A stretch of DNA of 64,000 nt from an uncultured Planctomycetota bacterium (GTDB taxonomy: Bacteria; Planctomycetota; Planctomycetia; Isosphaerales; Isosphaeraceae), in assembly GCA_963737655.1 (NCBI GenBank), contig CAVTTN010000002.1, positions 4,672,001 to 4,736,000 of the forward strand. The letters run 5' to 3'. The position numbers were made by a program, and so were the translations under genes. This document shows, piece after piece, positions 6,766-15,696 of this stretch (position 1 is the first letter of the stretch; the number at the start of each line of letters is the position of its first letter). Below the pieces are notes generated by a model, which saw nothing but the letters and a program-made list of their open reading frames with translations, was not told the DNA's origin and did no database searches.

Positions 6766-7994
6766 TCCGCCCCTATGACGCCTGGATCCTCGCCCGCCTC
6801 GTCTGCGGCCATTCGCTCAACGGCGAACTGGAATCGGTTTCCCCGGCCCTACGGGGAATCGCCGATCATCTGGCCGGGCTTCCCGACGAAGACCGCCAGA
6901 CGGCCCTCGGGGGATTCCGTTGCTCGCCCGCGATCGACGGCCCCGCCTTGATCAAGGCGATGACCGCTCACCACCCCGATGGACCGGCCCCCGAGTCGGT
7001 CCATGAGCGATGCTATGCAACCCTCGACGACATCGCCCGGGTCGTCGCCGATCAAGCGTGGCTCTGGGGAGACTGGCTCGCCCGGGGCGTCCTGAACGTG
7101 GTGGCCTCCGAGCCGGGGACGGGCAAGACCCGATTCGGACTGGACCTGGCCCGTCGGCTCTGGTTTGGCTTGTCGTGGCCTGACAACCAATTGAATGTGA
7201 TGCCCGGGGGGACGCGGACCCTGTGGATTCAGGGCGACCGCAACTTCGCCGAGATGCTCCAAGCCGCCCGCGACTTCGGACTCCCCGGCGACGCCGTGTC
7301 CCTGGGATCGGCCCCCGACGACCCGACCGGGGCGCTCGACCTGGACGACCCGGGAACGCTGGCGGCCATCGGGGGGAGGATCCAGGCCGCCGCCCCGGCC
7401 CTCGTGGTGATCGACACGGTAGGCATGGTGACCGATCGGAACCTCTGCCGCCCCGAAGAAGCCCGCGCATTCTTCGCCCCGATCATGGAACTTGCCGCGA
7501 GGACGGGCGTGGCCTTCCTCGGTCTGACCCATTTGTCGAAGGACAAGGAGGCCCTGGGTCGGCGGATCGTCGAGAAGGCCAGGGTGGTCATCAAGATGAC
7601 GCAGCCCGATCCCGAAGGCAAGAAGGACCGCCGGAGGTTGTGGGTGGACAAGTCCGCCGTTGTGAAGCCCCCGCCCTTGGGGATCACGATGGGGGACGCG
7701 GGCAACAATTACGACTTCACTCCGCCGACGGAGCCCGAGCCGAATCGGGGGGGACGGCCGCCGGAGAAGCTCGGCAAGGCCATCAAGTTCCTGGCGGAGA
7801 AACTGACCGAGGGAGACCGCAAATGGTGCGATCTGGTCAACGAATGGGAAGCGCTCGGGGGGGCCAAGGGGACCCTCTTCAATGCCTGCAAGGCGATGGT
7901 CGACGACGGTCGGATGGTCGTTGATGAGTCCAAGAAGCCCAAGTTCTGCCACCTGGTCAAGGACTCCGAGGAAGGTCAAGAACACGGTTCCTGA
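6762..7994 (+). CDS. AAA_25/RepA-type replicative helicase-ATPase
   Basis: WLWGDWLARG, Walker A ASEPGTGKT, Walker B LVVIDT, LTHLSK. Confidence 0.85.
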   Translation: MIRPYDAWILARLVCGHSLNGELESVSPALRGIADHLAGLPDEDRQTALGGFRCSPAIDGPALIKAMTAHHPDGPAPESVHERCYATLDDIARVVADQAWLWGDWLARGVLNVVASEPGTGKTRFGLDLARRLWFGLSWPDNQLNVMPGGTRTLWIQGDRNFAEMLQAARDFGLPGDAVSLGSAPDDPTGALDLDDPGTLAAIGGRIQAAAPALVVIDTVGMVTDRNLCRPEEARAFFAPIMELAARTGVAFLGLTHLSKDKEALGRRIVEKARVVIKMTQPDPEGKKDRRRLWVDKSAVVKPPPLGITMGDAGNNYDFTPPTEPEPNRGGRPPEKLGKAIKFLAEKLTEGDRKWCDLVNEWEALGGAKGTLFNACKAMVDDGRMVVDESKKPKFCHLVKDSEEGQEHGS

Positions 7995-8070
7995 CGGTTC
8001 TTGACCCTTGAAGAACCCTTTTCGTGAGCGTCAGGAACCCCGCCCCCCTATGGAGAACCGGGTTGTTGAC
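7975..8070. repeat. Iteron-like GGTTCYTGAC repeat cluster, candidate origin of the element
   Basis: Direct copies at 7986, 7996 and 8061 (1 mismatch); inverted copies at 7975, 8009 (degenerate) and 8030. Confidence 0.5.
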
Positions 8071-8101
8071 CCGAACCGAGGCCCTCCGAGACCCGCGAAC
8101 G

Positions 8102-9276
8102 ATGAAACTCCCTGCCCCCGGACGACACCGGATCGACTGGCAAACCGAGCGCGAGCGGATCGACCTGGCCGCCGTCGCGACCCGCCTACTCGGCCCCGCC
8201 CCGGGACGAAGGGGGATCGTGGCCGGAAGCTGTGGTGGTCCTGCCCCCTCGGGACGCACCCCGACGCGAATCCGTCCTTCGCGGTCGAAACCGGCAGGCC
8301 TTTCTGGCGGTGTTTCGGCTGCGGCGAGTCGGGGGACGCCGCGAACCTCGTGATGAGCCTGGAGTCGTTGACGTTCCCCGAAGCCCTGGACTACCTGACC
8401 GGCGGTGCGACTTCCACAAAGCCGCGAGGCCCGAGCAAAGCCGCCCCGAGACCGGCGAACAAGGCCCTGGCCGGCCCATCCGGGATGCCCGAGGCCGACG
8501 CCCTGGCCCTCGTGGAAGCCGCCGCCGCCCGGCTGTGGACCCCCGAGGGGGCCGACGGAATGGCGTATCTGACCGGCCCCGAGCGCGGCCTGGCCCCCGA
8601 GACGATCCGGGCGGCCCGGCTGGGGTGGACGCCTCGGGCGGAAGGGGTGGCGTGGAGGCCGCCCGGCGTGGTCGTTCCGTGGTTCGTGGGCGAGCGTCTT
8701 GCACTGGTCAAGATCCGGCCCCCGGACGAGTGGAGGAAGCGATTCCCGCCTGAGAAGCGCCCTCCGAAATATCTGGAGGCGTTCCGCGATCCAGCTCGCG
8801 TCGTCTGCTACCCCGGCCTATCGACGATCCGCGCCGGCCTTCCCCTCATCGCCGTGGAGGGGGAGTTCGATTGCCTTGCCCTCGGGGAGGCTCTGGACGA
8901 AATGGCTAGCGTGGTGAGCCTGGGAAGCGCCTCGGCCGAGCCGACCCCCGACATCCTCGGCCGGTTCCTGGCCGCGAGCCCGTGGTTCATCGCCACGGAT
9001 GCCGATCCGGCGGGGGAACAGGCCGCCGCCAGGTGGCAAGCCTACCCCCGGGCTCGGCGGGTCCGCCCTCCGGCCCCTTACAAGGATTGGACCGAGGCCC
9101 GCAACGATGGCGTGAACCTCCGCCGCTGGTGGGGGGACATCTACGCCGGCAACGACCACCCTCAGCTATTCACCGATGAGGAAGCGGCCGAGTGGCGGTG
9201 GGGACCGGCCGTCGGGGACGGTTCGCCCGGGATTATCGTTCCCGCGATACGTCGGACGGAGAGCCCGGAAAAATGA
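8102..9276 (+). CDS. DnaG-like primase (CHC2 zinc finger + Toprim); apparent frameshift near 8213
   Basis: IDWQTERERIDLAAVA is in one frame, then WSCPLGTHPDANPSF...CFGC, AVEGEFD and ATDAD in another; a G run lies at the switch. Confidence 0.8.
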
Positions 9277-9297
9277 CCCAATTGGGTTAGTGAACTA

Positions 9298-9325
9298 TTG
9301 TAACATAACCCGAACGGGATATAAT
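9298..9325 (+). promoter_or_regulatory. Sigma70-type promoter for the HTH-integrase unit
   Basis: TTGTAA-16 nt-TATAAT in an AT-rich patch; imperfect palindrome GGGTTA...TAACCC (9284-9311) overlaps the -35. Confidence 0.6.
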
Positions 9326-9381
9326 CCGGGTGAGGTGGAGGAGGAACGGGGCGAGGATCGGACCGAGTGGGACCTACCTCG

Positions 9382-9650
9382 ATGGCCAAGGAAGAGACGA
9401 ACCCACCGACGATGACCGGGACGATCCGCGAGACGATCCTGGCCCGGTCCCTGACCGCATACCGGGTGGGTCAGGCGATCGGGACTCGTTCCCATGTCAT
9501 CCAGAGATTCCTCAACGGGGAGCGAGACCTACGGGCGCGACCCTCAACAAGCTGGCCGCCGCCCTCGGGTTGACGCTGACCCAGACGGAGGCCGGTCATC
9601 CCGACCTGAAAGGAGCAGCGGATGGCGTCGTTCCGCAAGATCGGTCGTAA
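9382..9650 (+). CDS. XRE-family HTH regulator; apparent frameshift near 9535
   Basis: LTAYRVGQAIGTRSHVIQRFLNGERDLR continues as ATLNKLAAALGL in another frame. Confidence 0.7.
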
Positions 9651-11079
9651 TTGGTTCTTCCGGTATATCACCGCGGAGGGCATCCAGCGCGAACGAAAAG
9701 GGTGCCCCGACCGTCGGGAAACCGAGGCGATGGCGAACGCCTGCGAAGCCGAGGCGGCCCGGATTCGGTCCGGCCTCTCGGACTCGAAGGAAGAGGCCCG
9801 CCGCCGGTATGAGTCGCGACCGCTCGCCGATCACCTGGCCGAATGGCACAAGGCGATGCTCGCCCAGGCGGCGACCCCGAAGCATGCCAATCAGTGTCGA
9901 GGGCGGGTCGATTCGCTCCTGAAGCTGTCCAGGTCGGATCGCGTCTCCGACCTGACGGTCTTCAGGGTCCAGACGGCCCTCGGCATTCTCCGCGACAAGG
10001 GGGACGGCCTGGCCCTTCGGACGCTCCACCACTACGTCCGCAACGCCAAGGCGTTCTCCCGATGGCTCTGGCGGGACGGGCGGACGACGGAAGACAAGCT
10101 CGCCCATCTCCAACCCCCGGCGAACCCTGACACGGACCGCCGCCGCGAGCGTCGTGCCCTGACACCCGAGGAAGTCTCGGCCCTGCTCCGAGCCGCCGAA
10201 TCCGGCCCCGTGGTCTTCAAGATGTCCGGCGTCGATCGGGCCGCCATGTACCGGCTGGCCCTCGGGACGGGATTCCGAGCCGGCGAGTTGCAATCGCTCC
10301 GGCCCGAATCCTTCGACCTGGACTCCGACCAGCCGACCGTGACCGTCGAGGCCGGGCACTCCAAACGCCGCCGTCGCGACGTCCAGCCGATCCGGGGCGA
10401 CCTGGCCACGTCCCTCGGTCGATGGCTCTCCGGGAGGCCCGCCAAGGCCGCGCTATTCCCCGTATCGAGCTACCACACGGCCGAGATGTTCCGTGCCGAC
10501 CTGGAACGGGCAGGAATCCCCTTCCGGGACGACTCGGGGCGAGTGGCCGACTTCCACGCCCTGCGACACACCTTCGTCTCGACGCTGGCCCGGAGCTCCG
10601 CCTCGGTCAAGGTCGTCCAGACGCTCGCCCGGCACTCGACGCCCGTCCTGACCCTCGGGACCTACACGCATTTGGGATTGTGCGACCAGAGGGCCGCCCT
10701 GGAAGCCCTGCCCGCCGAGCAGCCCCCCGGCCCCGGGGCCGAGTCGGCGACCCAGGCCGCGACAGGAACGCATGGCCGTATGAACAATCATCCTTCCCTA
10801 CGCCTTCCCTACGGAGGGGACGGGACAGGGCGGATTGTGTCGGAGCCTGACGGTTCGGGCGAGGCGAGCACCCTCGAATTTACCGGATCGTCGTCGAACC
10901 ATAACCCCCTTACAAAGTCGGCAGTTGTCGCGTCGAGTCGGTCCCTGTCGGACCCTGACGGAAGCGGAGGGGGTGGGATTCGAACCCACGGACGTTTTGA
11001 GGCGTCAGCGGTTTTCAAGACCGCCCCGATCGGCCACTCCGGCACCCCTCCGATCGGTCGACTCGACTCGATTCATTGA
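9622..11079 (+). CDS. int: Tyrosine recombinase/integrase
   Basis: GTGFRAGEL (R), HSKRRR (K), DFHALRH (HxxR), LARHS, GTYTH (Y); adjacent to and overlapping the tRNA. Confidence 0.92.
   Translation: MASFRKIGRNWFFRYITAEGIQRERKGCPDRRETEAMANACEAEAARIRSGLSDSKEEARRRYESRPLADHLAEWHKAMLAQAATPKHANQCRGRVDSLLKLSRSDRVSDLTVFRVQTALGILRDKGDGLALRTLHHYVRNAKAFSRWLWRDGRTTEDKLAHLQPPANPDTDRRRERRALTPEEVSALLRAAESGPVVFKMSGVDRAAMYRLALGTGFRAGELQSLRPESFDLDSDQPTVTVEAGHSKRRRRDVQPIRGDLATSLGRWLSGRPAKAALFPVSSYHTAEMFRADLERAGIPFRDDSGRVADFHALRHTFVSTLARSSASVKVVQTLARHSTPVLTLGTYTHLGLCDQRAALEALPAEQPPGPGAESATQAATGTHGRMNNHPSLRLPYGGDGTGRIVSEPDGSGEASTLEFTGSSSNHNPLTKSAVVASSRSLSDPDGSGGGGIRTHGRFEASAVFKTAPIGHSGTPPIGRLDSIH
10965..11051 (-). 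tRNA. tRNA-Ser(TGA), CCA not encoded
   Basis: GGAGGGG/CCCCTCC acceptor stem, anticodon arm GCGGT-CTTGAAA-ACCGC, long variable arm, GGTTCGAATCC T-loop, discriminator G. Confidence 0.95.
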
Positions 11080-11468
11080 CCGACCTCGTCCAGGACCTCC
11101 TCGGAGACGAAGATCGGGACGTCCACCGTGACGGCCACGGCGATGGCGTCGCTGGGTCGGGAATCGACCTCGATGATCTCGCCCTCGTGCTTGATTCGGA
11201 GCTTGGCGTAGTAGGTGTGCTCGCGGAGCTCGCTGATGTAGATGTCCTGCAATTCGCCTCCGAGCAGCTCGATCGTGTTCGCCAGGAGGTCATGGGTCAG
11301 GGGGCGGGGCGTGGACTGGCCCTTGACCCGGCGGTCGATGCTCGTGGCCTCGAACATGCCGATGACGATCGGGAACGTGCGGTCGCCCTCGACCTCGCGG
11401 AGGTAGATGATCTGCTGGTCGTTGGTCTCGGAGATGATGATCCGGGACAGTTCCATCTGCACGGCCAC
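11073..11468 (-). CDS. Bifunctional nuclease family protein (DUF151)
   Basis: FPIVIGMFEA, PRPLTHDL, DSRPSDAIA. Confidence 0.88.
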   Translation of the reverse strand: MAVQMELSRIIISETNDQQIIYLREVEGDRTFPIVIGMFEATSIDRRVKGQSTPRPLTHDLLANTIELLGGELQDIYISELREHTYYAKLRIKHEGEIIEVDSRPSDAIAVAVTVDVPIFVSEEVLDEVGQ

Positions 11469-11671
11469 GGCGTTCCCCTCGTCGGTCCGGCCCGCCTCGT
11501 CGGCTCGGGCCCGGGGGCGAATGTCTCTTTCGATGATAGAGGGCCCGGCGCGGGGCGTCAACGCGGGGGATCGGCCTGGCGGGGCGAGTGCGGGTTCGGG
11601 GCGGCTTGTCGCGAGGATTGGGGGTTGTGGGCGGCCTCTCGGCCGCCTCTGGTGGGGGTCTTTCCTGCACC

Positions 11672-14494
11672 CTACAGGGCTTCGATTCGCTTGAGGACCG
11701 CTTCTCTCTGCGCGGAGAGTTCCGCTTCCTTGGCCGTCTGGGCGGCGACGACCTCGGCCGGGGCCCGGGCGACGAACGATTCGTTGCCGAGCTTCGCCCG
11801 GATCGCCCCGAGCTGCTTGTCCAGGTCCGTCAATTGCTTCTTCAGCCGGGCGGTTTCGGCCTTCTTGTCGATCAGGCCCTCCAGGGGGAGGATGACCTCG
11901 ACCTCCGCCAGGATCGCCGAGGCCGATTCCCCGGGGCGTTCGGCCTCCTCGGCGATCGTCAACGACGTCGCCCCGGCGAGGCCCGCGATCAGAGAGCCTC
12001 CCGATCGCAGGCGGTCGGCCGCCCGGCCCTTCGCCACGAGGATCGGATGGACCTGCGCCTCCTTCGGCAGGTTCTTCTCGGCCTTGAGGTTGCGGATCGC
12101 CGACACCACCTCCCGCCAGAGGCCCACCACGGCCGCCGGCTCGTCGTCCGGAGACATCGGATACGACGGCCATTCCGCGATGCAGACGCTCTCCTCGGCG
12201 GGCTTCGGCGAGGGGAACCCTCGGCTCGGTGCGACCGTGCCCAGGGCCTGCCAGACCGCCTCCGTGACGAACGGCATGATCGGGTGGAGGAGGCGGCAGA
12301 GGCCGTCGAGCACCGCCGCGAGCACTTTTTGGGCGGTCGGGCGCGCCTCGGGCTCCTTCAGGCGGGCCTTGAGGAACTCGACGTACCAGTCGCAGAAGTC
12401 GTTCCAGGTGAAGTCGCGGAGCCTCTTCGTCGCGTCGGCGAAGTGGAAGGCGTCGAGGTCCGCCGTGGCGTCGGCGGCGACCCTGGCGAGCTCGCCGAGG
12501 ATCCAGCGGTCCTCGATCGGCAGGGCCTCCACCTCGATCGGCCCCGGCTCGTACCCTTCCAGGTTCATCATCGCGAACCGCGAGGCATTCCAGAACTTGT
12601 TCGGGAACGTCCGGCCCTGCTCGAACCGCTCGGACGTGTTGACCGATCGGCCGTCGGGAAGCGTGGTGGCCTCGACCGGCATCCGAAGGTCCTGCGTCTC
12701 GGTGGCGGCGGAGGCGAGCGTGAACCGGAGGGCATCGGCGCCGTAGAGGTCGATGATGTCCACCGGATCGATGCCGTTGCCGGCGCTCTTGGACATCCTT
12801 TTCCCATTGCCGTCCTGGATCACCGGATGGATCACCACGTCCTTGAACGGCACGTCCCCCATGTTGAACTGGCCGAAGATCACCATCCGGGCCACCCAGA
12901 GGGTGATGATGTCCCGGGCCGTCGAGAGCACGCTCGTCGGGTAGTAGCCGGCGAGCTCCGTCGTCGACTCGGGCCACCCGAGGGTCGAGTGGGGCCAGAG
13001 CGCGGAGGAGAACCAGGTGTCGAGGACGTCGGGATCTTGCGTCAACACATGATCGGGCCCGAGGGCGTCGGCGGCGAGGTCCTCGCCGTCCGAGCAGACG
13101 AGCCAGCCTCCGGAATCGGCCGGCTGCCAGGCGATGTCGGGGCGATCGCCGAACGCTCGCCGCAAATCGGCCTCGGTGCAGGTGGCGCAGTGCCAGATCG
13201 GGATGCGGTGGCCCCACCAGAGCTGACGGCTGATGCACCAGTCGCGCTTCTCGCCGAGCCAGTCGAGGTAGCTCTTGGCGTAGCGGTCGGGGTGGATCTC
13301 GATGGCGCCGGAGGTCACGGCGTCCATCGCCTGCTGGGCGAATCCGGCGGTGCCTTCGGGCCCGTCGCCCATCTTCACGAACCACTGATCGGAGAGGTAC
13401 GGCTCGATGGGCGTCTTGCTGCGGTCGGAGAGTCCCACGCGGTTGGTGTAGGGCTCGACCTTCGCGAGCAGGCCGCCGGCTTCGAGGTCCGAGACCACCC
13501 GTTTCCGCACCTCGCGGCGGTCGAGGCCGGCGTAGGGGCCGGCGTTCTCGTTGTAGGTGCCGTCGGGGTTCAGGAGGTTGATCATTTCGAGATGATTGCG
13601 GAGGCCCGTGGCGTAGTCGTTCGGGTCGTGGGCCGGGGTGACCTTCACGCAGCCCGTGCCGAACTGGGGATCGACCAGGATCGCGTCGCCGATGATCGGG
13701 ATGTTTCGGCCGATCAGGGGGAGCGTGACGGCCTTTCCCAAAAGATGCTTGTATCGCGGGTCCTCGGGATGGACGGCCACGGCGGTGTCGCCGAGCATGG
13801 TTTCGGGCCGGGTCGTGGCCACGAGGAGGCTCTCGTCCGAGCCGGCCACGGGGTAGCGGATCGTCCAGAGGTGCCCGGCCGTCTCCTGGTACTCGATCTC
13901 GTCGTCGGCCACGGCCGTGCGGAGGTGGGTGTCCCAGTTCACCAGCCGCTTGCCCCGGAAGATCTTGCCGGCGGCGAAGAGGCGGAAGAACGTCTCGCGG
14001 ACGGCCCGGGCGCAGATCGGGTCGAGGGTGAACCGGGTGCGGTCCCAGTCGCACGAGCAGCCCATCAGCTTCAACTGGCCGAGGATGCGTTTCTCGTATT
14101 CATCCTTCCAGGCCCAGATTCGTTCGACGAGCCCCTCGCGGCCGACGTCGTGGCGGGTCTTGCCTTCTTCCTTGCGCAGGCGGGTCTCGACGACGGCCTG
14201 GGTGGCGATCCCGGCGTGGTCGGTGCCGGGCATCCAGAGGGCGTCGAACCCCTGCATCCGCTTCCAGCGGATCAGGATGTCTTGCAGCGTGTTGTTGAGC
14301 GCGTGACCAAGGTGGAGGGCGCCGGTCACGTTCGGCGGGGGGATCACGATGCAATACGGCCGCTTCGGCTCGGCGGGGGCGTGGAAATAGCCCTTTTCGA
14401 GCCATAAGGCGTAGTAACGACGCTGGGCGTCGGCCGGGTCGTACTGCTTGGGGAGATCTTGGAGGCTCATTCCGGGTCCAGTGGCGTCGGGCAT
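11672..14494 (-). CDS. valS: Valine--tRNA ligase
   Basis: PPPNVTGALHLGHA, DHAGIATQ, DWCISRQLWWGH, RMSKS, C-terminal coiled coil. Confidence 0.97.
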   Translation of the reverse strand: MPDATGPGMSLQDLPKQYDPADAQRRYYALWLEKGYFHAPAEPKRPYCIVIPPPNVTGALHLGHALNNTLQDILIRWKRMQGFDALWMPGTDHAGIATQAVVETRLRKEEGKTRHDVGREGLVERIWAWKDEYEKRILGQLKLMGCSCDWDRTRFTLDPICARAVRETFFRLFAAGKIFRGKRLVNWDTHLRTAVADDEIEYQETAGHLWTIRYPVAGSDESLLVATTRPETMLGDTAVAVHPEDPRYKHLLGKAVTLPLIGRNIPIIGDAILVDPQFGTGCVKVTPAHDPNDYATGLRNHLEMINLLNPDGTYNENAGPYAGLDRREVRKRVVSDLEAGGLLAKVEPYTNRVGLSDRSKTPIEPYLSDQWFVKMGDGPEGTAGFAQQAMDAVTSGAIEIHPDRYAKSYLDWLGEKRDWCISRQLWWGHRIPIWHCATCTEADLRRAFGDRPDIAWQPADSGGWLVCSDGEDLAADALGPDHVLTQDPDVLDTWFSSALWPHSTLGWPESTTELAGYYPTSVLSTARDIITLWVARMVIFGQFNMGDVPFKDVVIHPVIQDGNGKRMSKSAGNGIDPVDIIDLYGADALRFTLASAATETQDLRMPVEATTLPDGRSVNTSERFEQGRTFPNKFWNASRFAMMNLEGYEPGPIEVEALPIEDRWILGELARVAADATADLDAFHFADATKRLRDFTWNDFCDWYVEFLKARLKEPEARPTAQKVLAAVLDGLCRLLHPIMPFVTEAVWQALGTVAPSRGFPSPKPAEESVCIAEWPSYPMSPDDEPAAVVGLWREVVSAIRNLKAEKNLPKEAQVHPILVAKGRAADRLRSGGSLIAGLAGATSLTIAEEAERPGESASAILAEVEVILPLEGLIDKKAETARLKKQLTDLDKQLGAIRAKLGNESFVARAPAEVVAAQTAKEAELSAQREAVLKRIEAL

Positions 14495-14500
14495 CGTGTA

Positions 14501-14521
14501 GTAGGGTGCATGAAATGAACC
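14501..14521 (+). repeat. REP family B, single copy
   Basis: GTAGGGTGCATGAAATGAACC, 1 mismatch to the copy at 39606. Confidence 0.7.
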
Positions 14522-14575
14522 ATCTTCTCCGGGCCTCGGTCGATCATCAAGGCCACCGCGGACGGAGAGGCCGGG

Positions 14576-14980
14576 TCAGCCCATCATGGCGTAGACCGTC
14601 GCGATCAGGATCAGGATGCCGACGGCGAACCGGATCAGGGCCCGTCGCCACCTCCATCGGAGCCGGTCGGGGACGGAGAGGAGCATCACGATTCCGCTGG
14701 TCCCGCACAGGAAGCCGCGGAGGGCCGGCCTCCAGACGAGGCTCGTCGAACTGTTCCGACCGAACGGCCCGCCGGGATGCAAAGAACGGAATCGGACCAT
14801 CTTCCCGGCCTCGATCAGATCGAGCCCCCCGAGGAGGACCAGCCCGCCTCCGTAAAAGCCCGCCATGACCAGCGGCAGGTAGCGAAGGCCGAAGAACCTC
14901 GGGCGAGGTTTGGCCGGGGGCGCCTCCGGGGCGGCCTTCGGGGCCTCGAACGGGTTGATCGGGGCCTCCTCGTTCATCAC
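14576..14980 (-). CDS. Hypothetical membrane protein
   Basis: NPFEAP N-terminal motif and three hydrophobic segments. Confidence 0.6.
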   Translation of the reverse strand: MMNEEAPINPFEAPKAAPEAPPAKPRPRFFGLRYLPLVMAGFYGGGLVLLGGLDLIEAGKMVRFRSLHPGGPFGRNSSTSLVWRPALRGFLCGTSGIVMLLSVPDRLRWRWRRALIRFAVGILILIATVYAMMG

Positions 14981-15690
14981 GGCTTCCTCGCCCCGAACGC
15001 TGCGAACGTGGTGTTCATGTGGAGGACGTCCACCTCGGCGAAACCCGCCTCTCTCAGCCGATCGAGCTGAAAACGGAGCGATTGCGGGGTGTCTTCCTTC
15101 TCGATGTAGGCGAAGACGGAGTCGCGGTACGAGGCGTCACGGAACCCGGTGAGATAGTCGCCGTATCGCTCCCGCTGGAGCTTTTCGACGGCCTCGATCT
15201 CGTGCTTGACCATATCGGCGATCCAGACGGAGCCCCCGGGCCTCAGGCTTCGGAAGAAGGCGGCGAAGACGGCCCGCCATTCGTCGTCGGTCCTCAGGTG
15301 GTGGAGGACCATCGCGGCCAGGATCACGTCGAATCGCCCCTCGCCCAGGTCGATCGAGCGGACGTCCCCCTGGATCGTCTCGACCCGACCTTGCGTCGTC
15401 GAGGACACCCGCCCGTGGGCGCGATCCAGCATCGGAAGGCTCAGGTCGATCAGGGTGCAATCGAGCCCGGGCAGGCGCTCCAGGAGCTTCAGCGAGTAAT
15501 TCCCCGCCCCGCAGCCGACGTCCAGGAGCGATCGGGCATGCGGCGAGGTCGCGGCGGCGGCACTCGCGATCAGGTCGAGCATCAGCGGGGAATCGATCGT
15601 GGCGGTCTGGCCGGTCTCGAGGTTCGAGAACCGTTCGACGTCATGGTCGAACCGTTCGCGGATCTCGTCGAGAGAGGATTTCTGGTTCAT
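14977..15690 (-). CDS. Class I SAM-dependent methyltransferase
   Basis: LLDVGCGAG, VLHHL, LRPGG. Confidence 0.9.
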   Translation of the reverse strand: MNQKSSLDEIRERFDHDVERFSNLETGQTATIDSPLMLDLIASAAAATSPHARSLLDVGCGAGNYSLKLLERLPGLDCTLIDLSLPMLDRAHGRVSSTTQGRVETIQGDVRSIDLGEGRFDVILAAMVLHHLRTDDEWRAVFAAFFRSLRPGGSVWIADMVKHEIEAVEKLQRERYGDYLTGFRDASYRDSVFAYIEKEDTPQSLRFQLDRLREAGFAEVDVLHMNTTFAAFGARKP

Positions 15691-15696
15691 GGGTGC

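Larger units (their letters stand above)
1..10964. mobile_element. tRNA-Ser-integrated element (phage-satellite/IME-like), left boundary outside window
   Basis: Tyrosine integrase abuts the 3' end of tRNA-Ser. Inward of it lie HTH, primase, AAA helicase, AlpA-like and TerS-like genes, then the cassette array. Housekeeping genes (DUF151, valS) resume on the other side of the tRNA. Confidence 0.8.

Noticed and set aside
9284..9311. dif-like site (TTATGTTAC on the minus strand)
   Set aside because: No XerC arm at the right spacing; better explained as the promoter/operator.
9622..11079. Integrase as the integron integrase IntI of the array
   Set aside because: It lies downstream of the array, abuts a tRNA, has a phage-type N-terminal arm, and I see no IntI-specific insertion or adjacent attI.
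11073..14054. 993-aa ORF suggesting a giant DUF151 fusion
   Set aside because: Only the last 131 aa are protein-like; the rest is an alternative frame over valS.
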